From positions 12,806 through 76,805 of the forward strand of contig CALUTK010000001.1 of assembly GCA_944323675.1 (NCBI GenBank): 64,000 nt of DNA, in the 5' to 3' direction. The notes under the pieces were generated by a model. It searched no databases, was not told the origin of the DNA, and worked only from the letters and a program-made list of their open reading frames with translations. The position numbers and the translations under genes are program-made. Position 1 is the stretch's first letter; each line of letters opens with the position of its first letter. Source of the DNA: Candidatus Gastranaerophilales bacterium. GTDB lineage: Bacteria; Cyanobacteriota; Vampirovibrionia; Gastranaerophilales; Gastranaerophilaceae. Below, piece after piece: positions 35,217 through 43,536 of this stretch.

Positions 35217-36704
35217 TTGTTGAGGATAACAGGCTTGAAAACTAACGTTAAACTAAAAATATTTATCCTTTTAGGTGCTGTAATGTTAAGTGTGTGCAGT
35301 TCTGATGCAGCCGAGAAATATGCCGCTATACAAAAAGGGGCAAAACTTAATATTTCTGACTGCATTCAGATTGCCCTGAAAAACAGTCCGCTAATAAATA
35401 AGGCTTATTACAACTATCACGTTTCAAAAAATGATGAAAAGTTAGCAAGAACAGCCTTCTTCCCGACAATAGGTGTAGGTACGGGATATACTTATAATAC
35501 CTCAACATCTGATAGACGGTTTAATTACAACAATAATAACGATTCTTATACGGCACAGGCAACTCTGAGCCAGCTTATTTTTAATTTCGGCAAAACCAAC
35601 GCCCAGATAAAGATGCAGAAATTTAATAAAATAGCTGCGATGTACAATTTTGATGACGTTGTACTGGATACGATTCTCGGCGTAAAAACATATTACTACA
35701 GCGTGCTTGCGGCAAAGGCAACCGTTGATATCAACAGAGCCAACGTCCAGATTAATGAGAGGAATTACCAGAGGACAAAAGCCTATTTTGATCAGGGAAT
35801 ACGTTCTAAAATCGACCTTGTAAATGCAGAAGTAAATTTAAGCGATTCAAAAGTTACGCTTGTAAATTCTATCAAGGCATACCAGAATGCCATAGTTCAA
35901 TTGAATAATTCTATGTATGTTGCCTACACCCCTGAATACGAAATTTCCGCAACGGAAACCTTCAACTTCCAGCAAAAAGAAATCCCTGTAAATTTGCAAA
36001 AAATTTCTGAAAAAAGAGATTTAAGCAAAACCCCTGCCCCTGTATCCGACGCAACCTTAACATCTAAAGTTGAGAAAATGGATGTTATTGAAACTTTCAA
36101 ATTCAAGCCGTTTCCTTATACATTTGAGGAATGTGTAGAAAAAGCAAAAGAAAACCGTCCGGATTTGAAAGCATATAAAGCAACACTTGAAGCAATGAAA
36201 CAGTCGTTACTTTACATCAAGCGCCAGTATTATCCTGAAATTTCTGCAAGTGCAGGCTATAATTACAGAAACCAGTATAATACGAATTCCTTCAATGTAG
36301 GTGTAAACCTTTCAAGTTCGGTGAACATTTTAAGCGAGAAATATCAGATTGATAACGGAAAATTACAGGTAAAACTTGCACAGAATGAAATAGATTTACT
36401 GGAACAAAACATCTATTTTGAAGTTCAAAATGCCTACATAAATATGGTACAATTAGAAAAACAAATTCCGCTTCTTGCAGTCAAGGTAAAGCAGACGTTT
36501 GAGAATTTTGAACTTGCTGACGGACGCTACGCGGTCGGAATCGGCGACTACATCCAGTTACAGGATGCAAGGGTAAACTATAACAATGCCCAGCAATCGT
36601 ATGTTCAAACTGTTTACAACTACAATGTTGCAAGGGCAAACCTTGAAAAATTAATAGCATTACAGCAGGAAATTACTGTTAACGTAGAGGACAAAAGAGG
36701 ATGA
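35217..36704 (+). CDS. TolC-family outer-membrane efflux protein
   Basis: Signal peptide and two OEP repeats with a coiled-coil/beta-barrel pattern. The TTG start is uncertain. Confidence 0.8.
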   Translation: MLRITGLKTNVKLKIFILLGAVMLSVCSSDAAEKYAAIQKGAKLNISDCIQIALKNSPLINKAYYNYHVSKNDEKLARTAFFPTIGVGTGYTYNTSTSDRRFNYNNNNDSYTAQATLSQLIFNFGKTNAQIKMQKFNKIAAMYNFDDVVLDTILGVKTYYYSVLAAKATVDINRANVQINERNYQRTKAYFDQGIRSKIDLVNAEVNLSDSKVTLVNSIKAYQNAIVQLNNSMYVAYTPEYEISATETFNFQQKEIPVNLQKISEKRDLSKTPAPVSDATLTSKVEKMDVIETFKFKPFPYTFEECVEKAKENRPDLKAYKATLEAMKQSLLYIKRQYYPEISASAGYNYRNQYNTNSFNVGVNLSSSVNILSEKYQIDNGKLQVKLAQNEIDLLEQNIYFEVQNAYINMVQLEKQIPLLAVKVKQTFENFELADGRYAVGIGDYIQLQDARVNYNNAQQSYVQTVYNYNVARANLEKLIALQQEITVNVEDKRG

Positions 36705-37864
36705 AACTAAAGAAAAAATATGTAATAACATTAGTTATAATCGGGGCGCTTCTGTGTTCCGGATTTACATATAACGCATTCAAAAAACGTGTCAGATATC
36801 ACACAAGACCGCTTAAGAAATGCACAATAACGCAGGTGGTAGAAGCATCCGGCACAATTAACCCTGTAAACACCGTATCAGTCGGTTCAACCGTATCAGG
36901 GCTAATTCAGGATATCTATGTTGACTTTAATTCACAGGTTAAAAAAGGTCAGATTTTAGCAAGAATTGATCCGAGAACATTTGAAGCAACAGTTCAGCAA
37001 AATCAGGCGCAGATTGCAAACGCGCAGGCAAATGTTGCAAGATTAAAAGCCGTAGTTGATTATGATAAAGTTATGTACGAACGCTACAAAAATCTTTACG
37101 CAAAGAATTTCGTTGCAAAAAGCGAACTTGACCAGTATAAAAGCACCTACTATTCTGATTTAGCGCAAATGCAGGCGGCACAGGCGCAGGTTAGACAGTA
37201 TCAGGCAAACTTAAAAACCGCTCAGACAAACTTAGGTTATACGGAAATCATTGCACCTGTAGACGGAACAATTGTATCAAGAGAAATCGACGTAGGGCAG
37301 CCGGTTGCCGCAAGCTTTCAGGCTCCGCAATTATTCACAATCGCGCAGGATTTGACAAAAATGCAGATTGAAGTAAGCGTCTCGGAAGCCGATATCGGAA
37401 AAGTTCAGGACGGGCAGGACGTAACCTACACCCTTGACGGCTATCCTGACAGCCTCTTCCACGGAAAAGTTACACAGGTGAGAATTTCTCCGACAACAGT
37501 TTCCAATGTCGTAACTTACACTGTAATCGTAAACGTCAATAATGACGACCTTAAACTTATCCCGGGTATGACAGCGAACGTTTCAATTATCACGGATAAG
37601 AGCGAGGATGTAATGTGCGCCCCGAGTATTGCATTGAAGTTTAATCCTAATACTGACGGCACACGCTATAAAACACAGGGTATCTGGGTTCTGGAAAAAC
37701 GTAAGCCTAAACGTGTGACAATTGAAACAGGCGCAAGCGATGATACCAATACAGAAATTATCTCAAAAGAATTAAAAGAAGGCGACAGAGTAATCGTGGA
37801 TTCCTCGCTCACAAGCAGTAAAGATAAAACCAACCAGCGCCGCAGAGGCCCAAGAATGTTCTAA
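36701..37864 (+). CDS. Efflux periplasmic adaptor (HlyD/MacA-type MFP)
   Basis: N-terminal TM anchor, biotinyl-lipoyl-like domain (GQILARID...APVDGTIVSR), a long coiled coil and a beta-barrel domain. Confidence 0.85.
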   Translation: MKLKKKYVITLVIIGALLCSGFTYNAFKKRVRYHTRPLKKCTITQVVEASGTINPVNTVSVGSTVSGLIQDIYVDFNSQVKKGQILARIDPRTFEATVQQNQAQIANAQANVARLKAVVDYDKVMYERYKNLYAKNFVAKSELDQYKSTYYSDLAQMQAAQAQVRQYQANLKTAQTNLGYTEIIAPVDGTIVSREIDVGQPVAASFQAPQLFTIAQDLTKMQIEVSVSEADIGKVQDGQDVTYTLDGYPDSLFHGKVTQVRISPTTVSNVVTYTVIVNVNNDDLKLIPGMTANVSIITDKSEDVMCAPSIALKFNPNTDGTRYKTQGIWVLEKRKPKRVTIETGASDDTNTEIISKELKEGDRVIVDSSLTSSKDKTNQRRRGPRMF

Positions 37865-37924
37865 CGTCAGGCACGGTCAGAAGCTTGCGGCACAGACAAC
37901 AGGCCACTAAATACGGAGAAAATA

Positions 37925-38653
37925 TTGAGTCTAATAGAAGTAAAAAATGCAATAAAAACATATCAGACAGGAGAGGATAGTTTCAATGCCCTTAACTGTG
38001 TTTCGCTCTCAATTGAACGCGGGGAATTTGTTGCGATTATGGGTGCGTCAGGCTCCGGGAAATCCACATTTATGAATATGCTCGGGACCCTTGACAAACC
38101 AAATTCCGGAAGTTATTTCCTGGACGGAATTGATATGCTTTCTCTGGATTCAAATCAGCTTGCGGATGTAAGAAACGTCAAGATGGGATTCGTCTTTCAG
38201 GGGTTTAACCTTATATCAAGAACGAGCGCGCTGGAAAATGTTCAGCTGCCGATGATATATAAAGGGATTCCGGAAGCCGAAAGAATCAGGCGAGCAAAAA
38301 ATGCGCTGAAAATCGTCGGGCTTGAAAAACGCGAGGACCACATGCCAAATCAAATGTCAGGCGGTCAGCAGCAGAGGGTTGCGATTGCGCGTGCAATTGT
38401 CAACGATCCACCTTTAATATTAGCGGACGAACCGACCGGAAACCTTGATACAAAAACAAGTATTGAGGTTATGGAGTTTTTCGTGAACCTCAATAAGCAA
38501 ATGGGAAAAACAATTGTCCTTGTAACTCACGAACCAGACATTGCGGAATACTGCGGCAGAATTGTAAGATTTAAGGACGGAAACATAATTTCTGATGAAA
38601 TAAATAAAAATCCTCACCCTGTCACAACTAAAATGGAGGATTACGTACTGTGA
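37925..38653 (+). CDS. ABC transporter ATP-binding protein (MacB/DevA-type)
   Basis: [17 protein letters not shown] and LILADEPT motifs. TTG start 7 nt after GGAGA. Confidence 0.88.
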   Translation: MSLIEVKNAIKTYQTGEDSFNALNCVSLSIERGEFVAIMGASGSGKSTFMNMLGTLDKPNSGSYFLDGIDMLSLDSNQLADVRNVKMGFVFQGFNLISRTSALENVQLPMIYKGIPEAERIRRAKNALKIVGLEKREDHMPNQMSGGQQQRVAIARAIVNDPPLILADEPTGNLDTKTSIEVMEFFVNLNKQMGKTIVLVTHEPDIAEYCGRIVRFKDGNIISDEINKNPHPVTTKMEDYVL

Positions 38654-39879
38654 TAGATTTTAAATCAACGCTTATTATGGCAATAAGGTCATTAAAGATT
38701 AACAAAATGCGCTCAATCCTCACGAGTCTCGGTATTATTATCGGAGTGAGTGCTGTTATCATAATGCTCGCTGTCGGAACCGGCGCAAGTAAAAAAATTG
38801 CAAAAGATATGGAATCTATGGGCAGCAATCTTCTTATGATACGTTCGGCTTCCGCAACCTCAGGCGGCGTCAGGATGGGCTTTGGAACAAAGCCTTCTTT
38901 AACCCTGAAAGATGCCGAAGCCATCGAAAAAACTGCCAGAGGCGTTCTTGCGGTTGCACCTTATTCATCGGGCACAGCTCAACTCACTTACGGGAATCAG
39001 AACTGGTCTACCACTATCGGCGGAACTACAGCATCATATCTTTTTATCAGAAATTACGAAATTTTATCGGGCAGAAATTTTATTAAAGAAGATATTAAAA
39101 ATAACACAAAAGTCGCAATTATCGGGAACACAGTTGCGAACGAACTTTTCGGCGATGTTGATCCTCTTAATAAGACAATGCGTATCGGAAACGTTCCATT
39201 TAAAATTATTGCGTTGCTTAAAACAAAAGGGCAGAGCGGAATGGGAATGGATCAGGATGATTTAGTTTTTATCCCGATTACAACAGCGCAGAAAAAAGTT
39301 TTCGGGACTGATTTTCCGGGTTCAATAAAGATGATTAACGTGAAAGCACAAAGCGACACTTCTATGAAAACCGCAGAAGAAGATATAGATGAAATTCTCA
39401 CAAAACGCCACAACATAGGAAAAAATCAGGACAAAGATTTTGAAATCCGAAACCTTGCCGAAATGCAGGAAACCATAAAATCTTCCGCAAAAACAATGTC
39501 AATTCTCCTCGGCGCAATAGCTTCTGTATCTTTGATTGTAGGCGGTATCGGGATTATGAATATTATGCTGGTATCTGTGACAGAACGTACAAAAGAAATC
39601 GGTATTCGTATGGCAATCGGCGCAAAGGCAAGCGACATCAGAATCCAATTTCTTATAGAATCCTTCCTGCTTTCTGTAATCGGAGGGATTATCGGTGTTT
39701 TGATTGGGGTTTTCGGCGCCAAGGCAATCCAGATATTTTCAGAGATGAATGTTTACATATCAGGATTTTCTATTGCCCTATCTCTCGGGTTCTCAGGTGC
39801 AATCGGGGTTCTCTTCGGCTACTACCCTGCATATAAAGCTTCTCTTTTAAACCCTATTGACGCTTTAAGATATGAATAA
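38650..39879 (+). CDS. ABC transporter permease (MacB/FtsX-type)
   Basis: MacB periplasmic domain plus a C-terminal FtsX 3-TM bundle (TERTKEIGIRMAIGA). GTGA-coupled to the upstream gene. Confidence 0.85.
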   Translation: MIDFKSTLIMAIRSLKINKMRSILTSLGIIIGVSAVIIMLAVGTGASKKIAKDMESMGSNLLMIRSASATSGGVRMGFGTKPSLTLKDAEAIEKTARGVLAVAPYSSGTAQLTYGNQNWSTTIGGTTASYLFIRNYEILSGRNFIKEDIKNNTKVAIIGNTVANELFGDVDPLNKTMRIGNVPFKIIALLKTKGQSGMGMDQDDLVFIPITTAQKKVFGTDFPGSIKMINVKAQSDTSMKTAEEDIDEILTKRHNIGKNQDKDFEIRNLAEMQETIKSSAKTMSILLGAIASVSLIVGGIGIMNIMLVSVTERTKEIGIRMAIGAKASDIRIQFLIESFLLSVIGGIIGVLIGVFGAKAIQIFSEMNVYISGFSIALSLGFSGAIGVLFGYYPAYKASLLNPIDALRYE

Positions 39880-40377
39880 TTATTTGCGGAGTTTTTTCAG
39901 GAAATCTTTTGCAATATCTGTCAAAAACGGGTATCTGTCCTGATGATAACCCATCTCAAGCATTTCTTTCACGGCGTTATCAAAGTTGTCAAGCCCATTC
40001 AGAACTTTATAAATCAGTGAATAAAATCCGGTTCTATCTGCACCGGCTTTGCAGTGAATAAGCACCTGCCCGTCGCGCTTTTTCACATCATCAATCACTT
40101 TCAAAAACTTTTTCACATCACTGATTTTCGGGTGTTTGGTTTCTGTCGGAATTGAATGGTATTTTATATAAAGAGCTTCTGAAAGTTTTTTCTCATTAAA
40201 ATCGGTTGCCGGAACAACGAGCGTTCTGAAATTAATAATATCTGTCAGATTATTATTTTTCTTGAGCCAGACAATTTCTTCCGCCTCTGGCTGCGCCGAG
40301 CGCATTACGTTGTTATCAATACGTTTAAAATTTTGCGGTTTATCATAACCGGTAAAAGAAACGGAATTTATTCTCAT
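39880..40377 (-). CDS. CX5R protein-tyrosine/dual-specificity phosphatase, N-terminal-motif family
   Basis: Active-site loop HCKAGADRTG. With ATG 40377 the protein begins MRINSVSFTGYDKPQNF, matching the family. The track start at 40473 adds a Cys-rich extension without an SD. Confidence 0.75.
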   Translation of the reverse strand: MRINSVSFTGYDKPQNFKRIDNNVMRSAQPEAEEIVWLKKNNNLTDIINFRTLVVPATDFNEKKLSEALYIKYHSIPTETKHPKISDVKKFLKVIDDVKKRDGQVLIHCKAGADRTGFYSLIYKVLNGLDNFDNAVKEMLEMGYHQDRYPFLTDIAKDFLKKLRK

Positions 40378-40538
40378 GGAAAAATTAAAACACAAACAAA
40401 AACTTTTTTGCTGTATATTAAAAACTGTATTTTTTGTTCGACAGTTAAATTGGCAGGTATACACGGCCGACATTTTATTGTGTTTACAACAAAATGGACA
40501 TTAGTATCCAAAGTATGCTGCCTGTAAAATTATAAAAA

Positions 40539-40625
40539 CGGAGAGGGTGGGATTCGAACCCACGGAGAGTGTTACCCCTCACAGACTTTCGAGATCCGCA
40601 CCTTAAACCACTCGGACACCTCTCC
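40539..40625 (-). tRNA. tRNA-Ser (anticodon CGA), long variable arm, no encoded CCA
   Basis: Reverse complement GGAGAGGTGTCCGAGTGGTTTAAGGTGCGGATCTCGAAAGTCTG...GTGGGTTCGAATCCCACCCTCTCCG; anticodon loop CTCGAAA. Confidence 0.85.
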
Positions 40626-40739
40626 ATCTGTCTTTTACTTTATCACAAAAATAAAAAATAGTCTTTTTTATATTTTCTGAAAAATTTTTTGATTTTTTGT
40701 ATATTATCTAATATTACCGCTTAAATATCCTCTTTACCC

Positions 40740-40768
40740 TTGACACATTTGCATTTATAGATTATAAT
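40740..40768 (+). promoter_or_regulatory. Consensus sigma70-type promoter for the pilin-like gene
   Basis: TTGACA, 17 nt, TATAAT, followed by AAAGGAG. Confidence 0.7.
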
Positions 40769-40794
40769 ATAAGAAAGGAGTTGGGATTTTTGGT

Positions 40795-41703
40795 ATGATT
40801 AATAAAAAAGCAATGACGTTGGCTGAACTTTTATTCGTTTTTGTAATTATTGGTATTCTTGCAACCATTGCTATTACCACGATTAAGCCCTGGGATAAAG
40901 CGTGTAAATATGCATATTCAAGAATGTACCATTCTATAAGGCTCGCTTTTTATAATGCTATGCTTACTCAAGCTGCGTTTCCGGATACTTCTACAAAATT
41001 TTGCGAATTGCTTGCCGATAAAGAACTCGGGTATATAAATACCTCTGAAGACGGTGAGCAATGCTCGAAATCAAGAGATTTGACCAATAATCCGAAGGTG
41101 TTCCCTGATGATAAAATTCAAATTACAGCGTCTAACGGAGTTAAAATATGGATAGGGTCCAACAGCGGCGCTCCTTTTCAACACTCTGAAGTAGAATCCA
41201 GTGGGATTACCAGTACTACAAAATATTACCTTGTTTATGTTGATATCAACGGTGACAAAGGCCCTAATACCGCGATGTGGTCAGAGAAAAAATTGTCTGA
41301 TATTGTTGCTTTTGCAGTGACTGACGGGCTTACTGTTATTCCTCTCGGTCATCCGGAAGTTGATAACAGATATATTAATGCCCACGTTGTTTATCCGCAG
41401 GTTAATGAAGAAGATGTGGACGGCAGACTTTCTGATGATATGACTTATTATCAGGCTAAAAAGAAAGCCTGGGGAAATAATGTTGACAGTTCTGATAATA
41501 TGTCTTTAAATATTCAAAATGATATTCCGAACGACAGTTATTTTAAACTCGCTGAAACCAGTACAGCACTTAGTCCTTACTATCCTGATGCGGATACATA
41601 TTCTGATTTCTTTCCGGATCCAAATGAACTTAAAGTTGATGAAGCCAATGGCTGCAAGGAAATTAGTACGCCTTGTTATGTAGATATTTACGAATATCAC
41701 TAA
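40795..41703 (+). CDS. Type IV prepilin-type N-terminal domain protein (pilin/pseudopilin-like, 302 aa)
   Basis: MINKKA|MTLAELLFVFVIIGILATIAITTIKP has Glu at +5 and a hydrophobic helix. The C-terminal domain is large and acidic. Confidence 0.75.
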   Translation: MINKKAMTLAELLFVFVIIGILATIAITTIKPWDKACKYAYSRMYHSIRLAFYNAMLTQAAFPDTSTKFCELLADKELGYINTSEDGEQCSKSRDLTNNPKVFPDDKIQITASNGVKIWIGSNSGAPFQHSEVESSGITSTTKYYLVYVDINGDKGPNTAMWSEKKLSDIVAFAVTDGLTVIPLGHPEVDNRYINAHVVYPQVNEEDVDGRLSDDMTYYQAKKKAWGNNVDSSDNMSLNIQNDIPNDSYFKLAETSTALSPYYPDADTYSDFFPDPNELKVDEANGCKEISTPCYVDIYEYH

Positions 41704-41788
41704 TTTTTGAGAAAGTCATTTGAATGATATTGCGCTGAAATATTGAAAGCCGGCATTAAAAGGATATGACAATATAGGAGAGAGTTAT

Positions 41789-42415
41789 ATGAAAGTTTTA
41801 TTAATTAATGGAAGCTGTAATACGTCCGGATGTACATTTACTGCGCTGTCTGAAGCTGCTAAATCATTAGATGAAAACGGAATTGAAACAGAAATAATTC
41901 AGATTGGCAATAAACCATTCAGGGATTGTATCGGCTGTGGCGGCTGCCGTAAAAATAATGACGGTAAATGTGTTTTTAGTGATGATATAGTTAATGAAAT
42001 TATTGAAAAAGCAAAATTTGCAGACGGATTTATATTTGGCTCTCCTGTATATTATGCGCATCCGAGCGGCAGGCTTTTATCTGTAATGGACAGGTTATTT
42101 TATGCGGGTGGTGCGGCATTCGCATATAAGCCGGCTGCTGCAATTGTATCGGCAAGGCGTGCAGGTACAACAGCTTCTCTTGAAGCTATAACAAAACATT
42201 TTACTATTAATAATATGCCTGTAGTTTCTTCAAATTACTGGAACATGGTTCACGGTAATACGCCTGAACAAGTTTTACAGGATAAGGAAGGCCTGCAGAT
42301 AATGAGAATTCTCGGAAACAATATGGCATGGCTTTTAAAATGTATTGAAACAGGGAAAGAAGCCGGAATTACTCCTAGAAAAGAAGATAAAATAATGACG
42401 AATTTTATAAGGTAA
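41789..42415 (+). CDS. Iron-sulfur flavoprotein / NADPH-dependent FMN reductase family
   Basis: Flavodoxin fold MKVLLINGS with Cys cluster DCIGCGGCRKNNDGKC. AGGAGAG SD. Confidence 0.75.
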   Translation: MKVLLINGSCNTSGCTFTALSEAAKSLDENGIETEIIQIGNKPFRDCIGCGGCRKNNDGKCVFSDDIVNEIIEKAKFADGFIFGSPVYYAHPSGRLLSVMDRLFYAGGAAFAYKPAAAIVSARRAGTTASLEAITKHFTINNMPVVSSNYWNMVHGNTPEQVLQDKEGLQIMRILGNNMAWLLKCIETGKEAGITPRKEDKIMTNFIR

Positions 42416-42438
42416 AAATATGCTGGTATTTTTACCAA

Positions 42439-43428
42439 TTAATCCTCATATCCGTTCGGGTGAGTTTTATGCCACTTCCAGGCAGTTTCAATAATCTCAT
42501 CAAGGCTGTTGTGAGAAGGGTTCCAGCCAAGAATACTTTTTGCCTTATCGCTTGAAGCAATTAATATAGCAGGGTCGCCTGCGCGTCTTTTGGAAATTTT
42601 TGCAGGTATAGGGTGCCCTGTGACTTTTCTCGCTGTTTCTATAACTTCTTTAACGCTGAATCCTACACCGTTTCCAAGGTTAAATATATCACTCTCGTTT
42701 CCTTTATTCAGATATTTAACTGCCAGAATATGAGCCTGTGCGAGATCTGTAACGTGAATATAATCTCTGATACAAGTCCCGTCAGGTGTTTTGTAATCGT
42801 CACCGAAAATCCCGATATGCTCTCTTTTGCCATTCGGAACTTGTAGTATTAAAGGAATTAAATGAGTTTCAGGAGAATGATCTTCTCCTATTTTTCCGGA
42901 AACATGTGCTCCGCAGGCGTTGAAGTACCTTAAAGATACGTATCTTAAACCGTGCGCCTTAGAAACCCATTTGAACATTTTTTCCATAGATAGTTTGGTT
43001 TCGCCATAGGTATTTGTTGGTTCTGTTCTGTCCTTTTCAAATATCGGAGTTTTTTCAGGTTCACCATAGGTTGCAGCAGTTGATGAAAAAACAATTTTCT
43101 CAATTCCGTTTTTAACCATGGATTTCAAAAGAATCATAGTTCCGTATAAATTGTTATCGTAATATTTTAGCGGGTCAATCATACTTTCACCGACAAGAGA
43201 ATTCGCCGCGAAATGTATTACAGAATCAATTTTTTCGTTGTTAAATAAATCATCCAAAAATTTTTCGTCTCTGATATCGCCCTTATAAAACCGTGCTTTT
43301 GGATGGAGAGCACCTTTATGACCGGTTTGAAGATTGTCAACAATTACAACATCTTCACCTGCGTCAATAAGTTCATATACCGTATGTGAGCCAATATAAC
43401 CTGCTCCGCCCAAAACCAAAATAGTCAT
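42439..43428 (-). CDS. galE: UDP-glucose 4-epimerase
   Basis: ILVLGGAGYIGSH, YGETK, and full-length similarity to the GalE SDR family. Confidence 0.9.
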   Translation of the reverse strand: MTILVLGGAGYIGSHTVYELIDAGEDVVIVDNLQTGHKGALHPKARFYKGDIRDEKFLDDLFNNEKIDSVIHFAANSLVGESMIDPLKYYDNNLYGTMILLKSMVKNGIEKIVFSSTAATYGEPEKTPIFEKDRTEPTNTYGETKLSMEKMFKWVSKAHGLRYVSLRYFNACGAHVSGKIGEDHSPETHLIPLILQVPNGKREHIGIFGDDYKTPDGTCIRDYIHVTDLAQAHILAVKYLNKGNESDIFNLGNGVGFSVKEVIETARKVTGHPIPAKISKRRAGDPAILIASSDKAKSILGWNPSHNSLDEIIETAWKWHKTHPNGYED

Positions 43429-43491
43429 TCCTGATACCTCCGATTATCTATATATCTATCAAAAAATCTGCACAATTTCAATCTTTTAAGT

Positions 43492-43526
43492 ATAAAAATT
43501 GCCGGCTATTATTATAACCGGCAATT
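43492..43526 (-). terminator. Intrinsic terminator after the GH77-like gene
   Basis: The minus strand reads aattgccgg-(12-nt loop)-ccggcaatt followed by tttttat. Confidence 0.7.
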
Positions 43527-43536
43527 AATTATTTTC

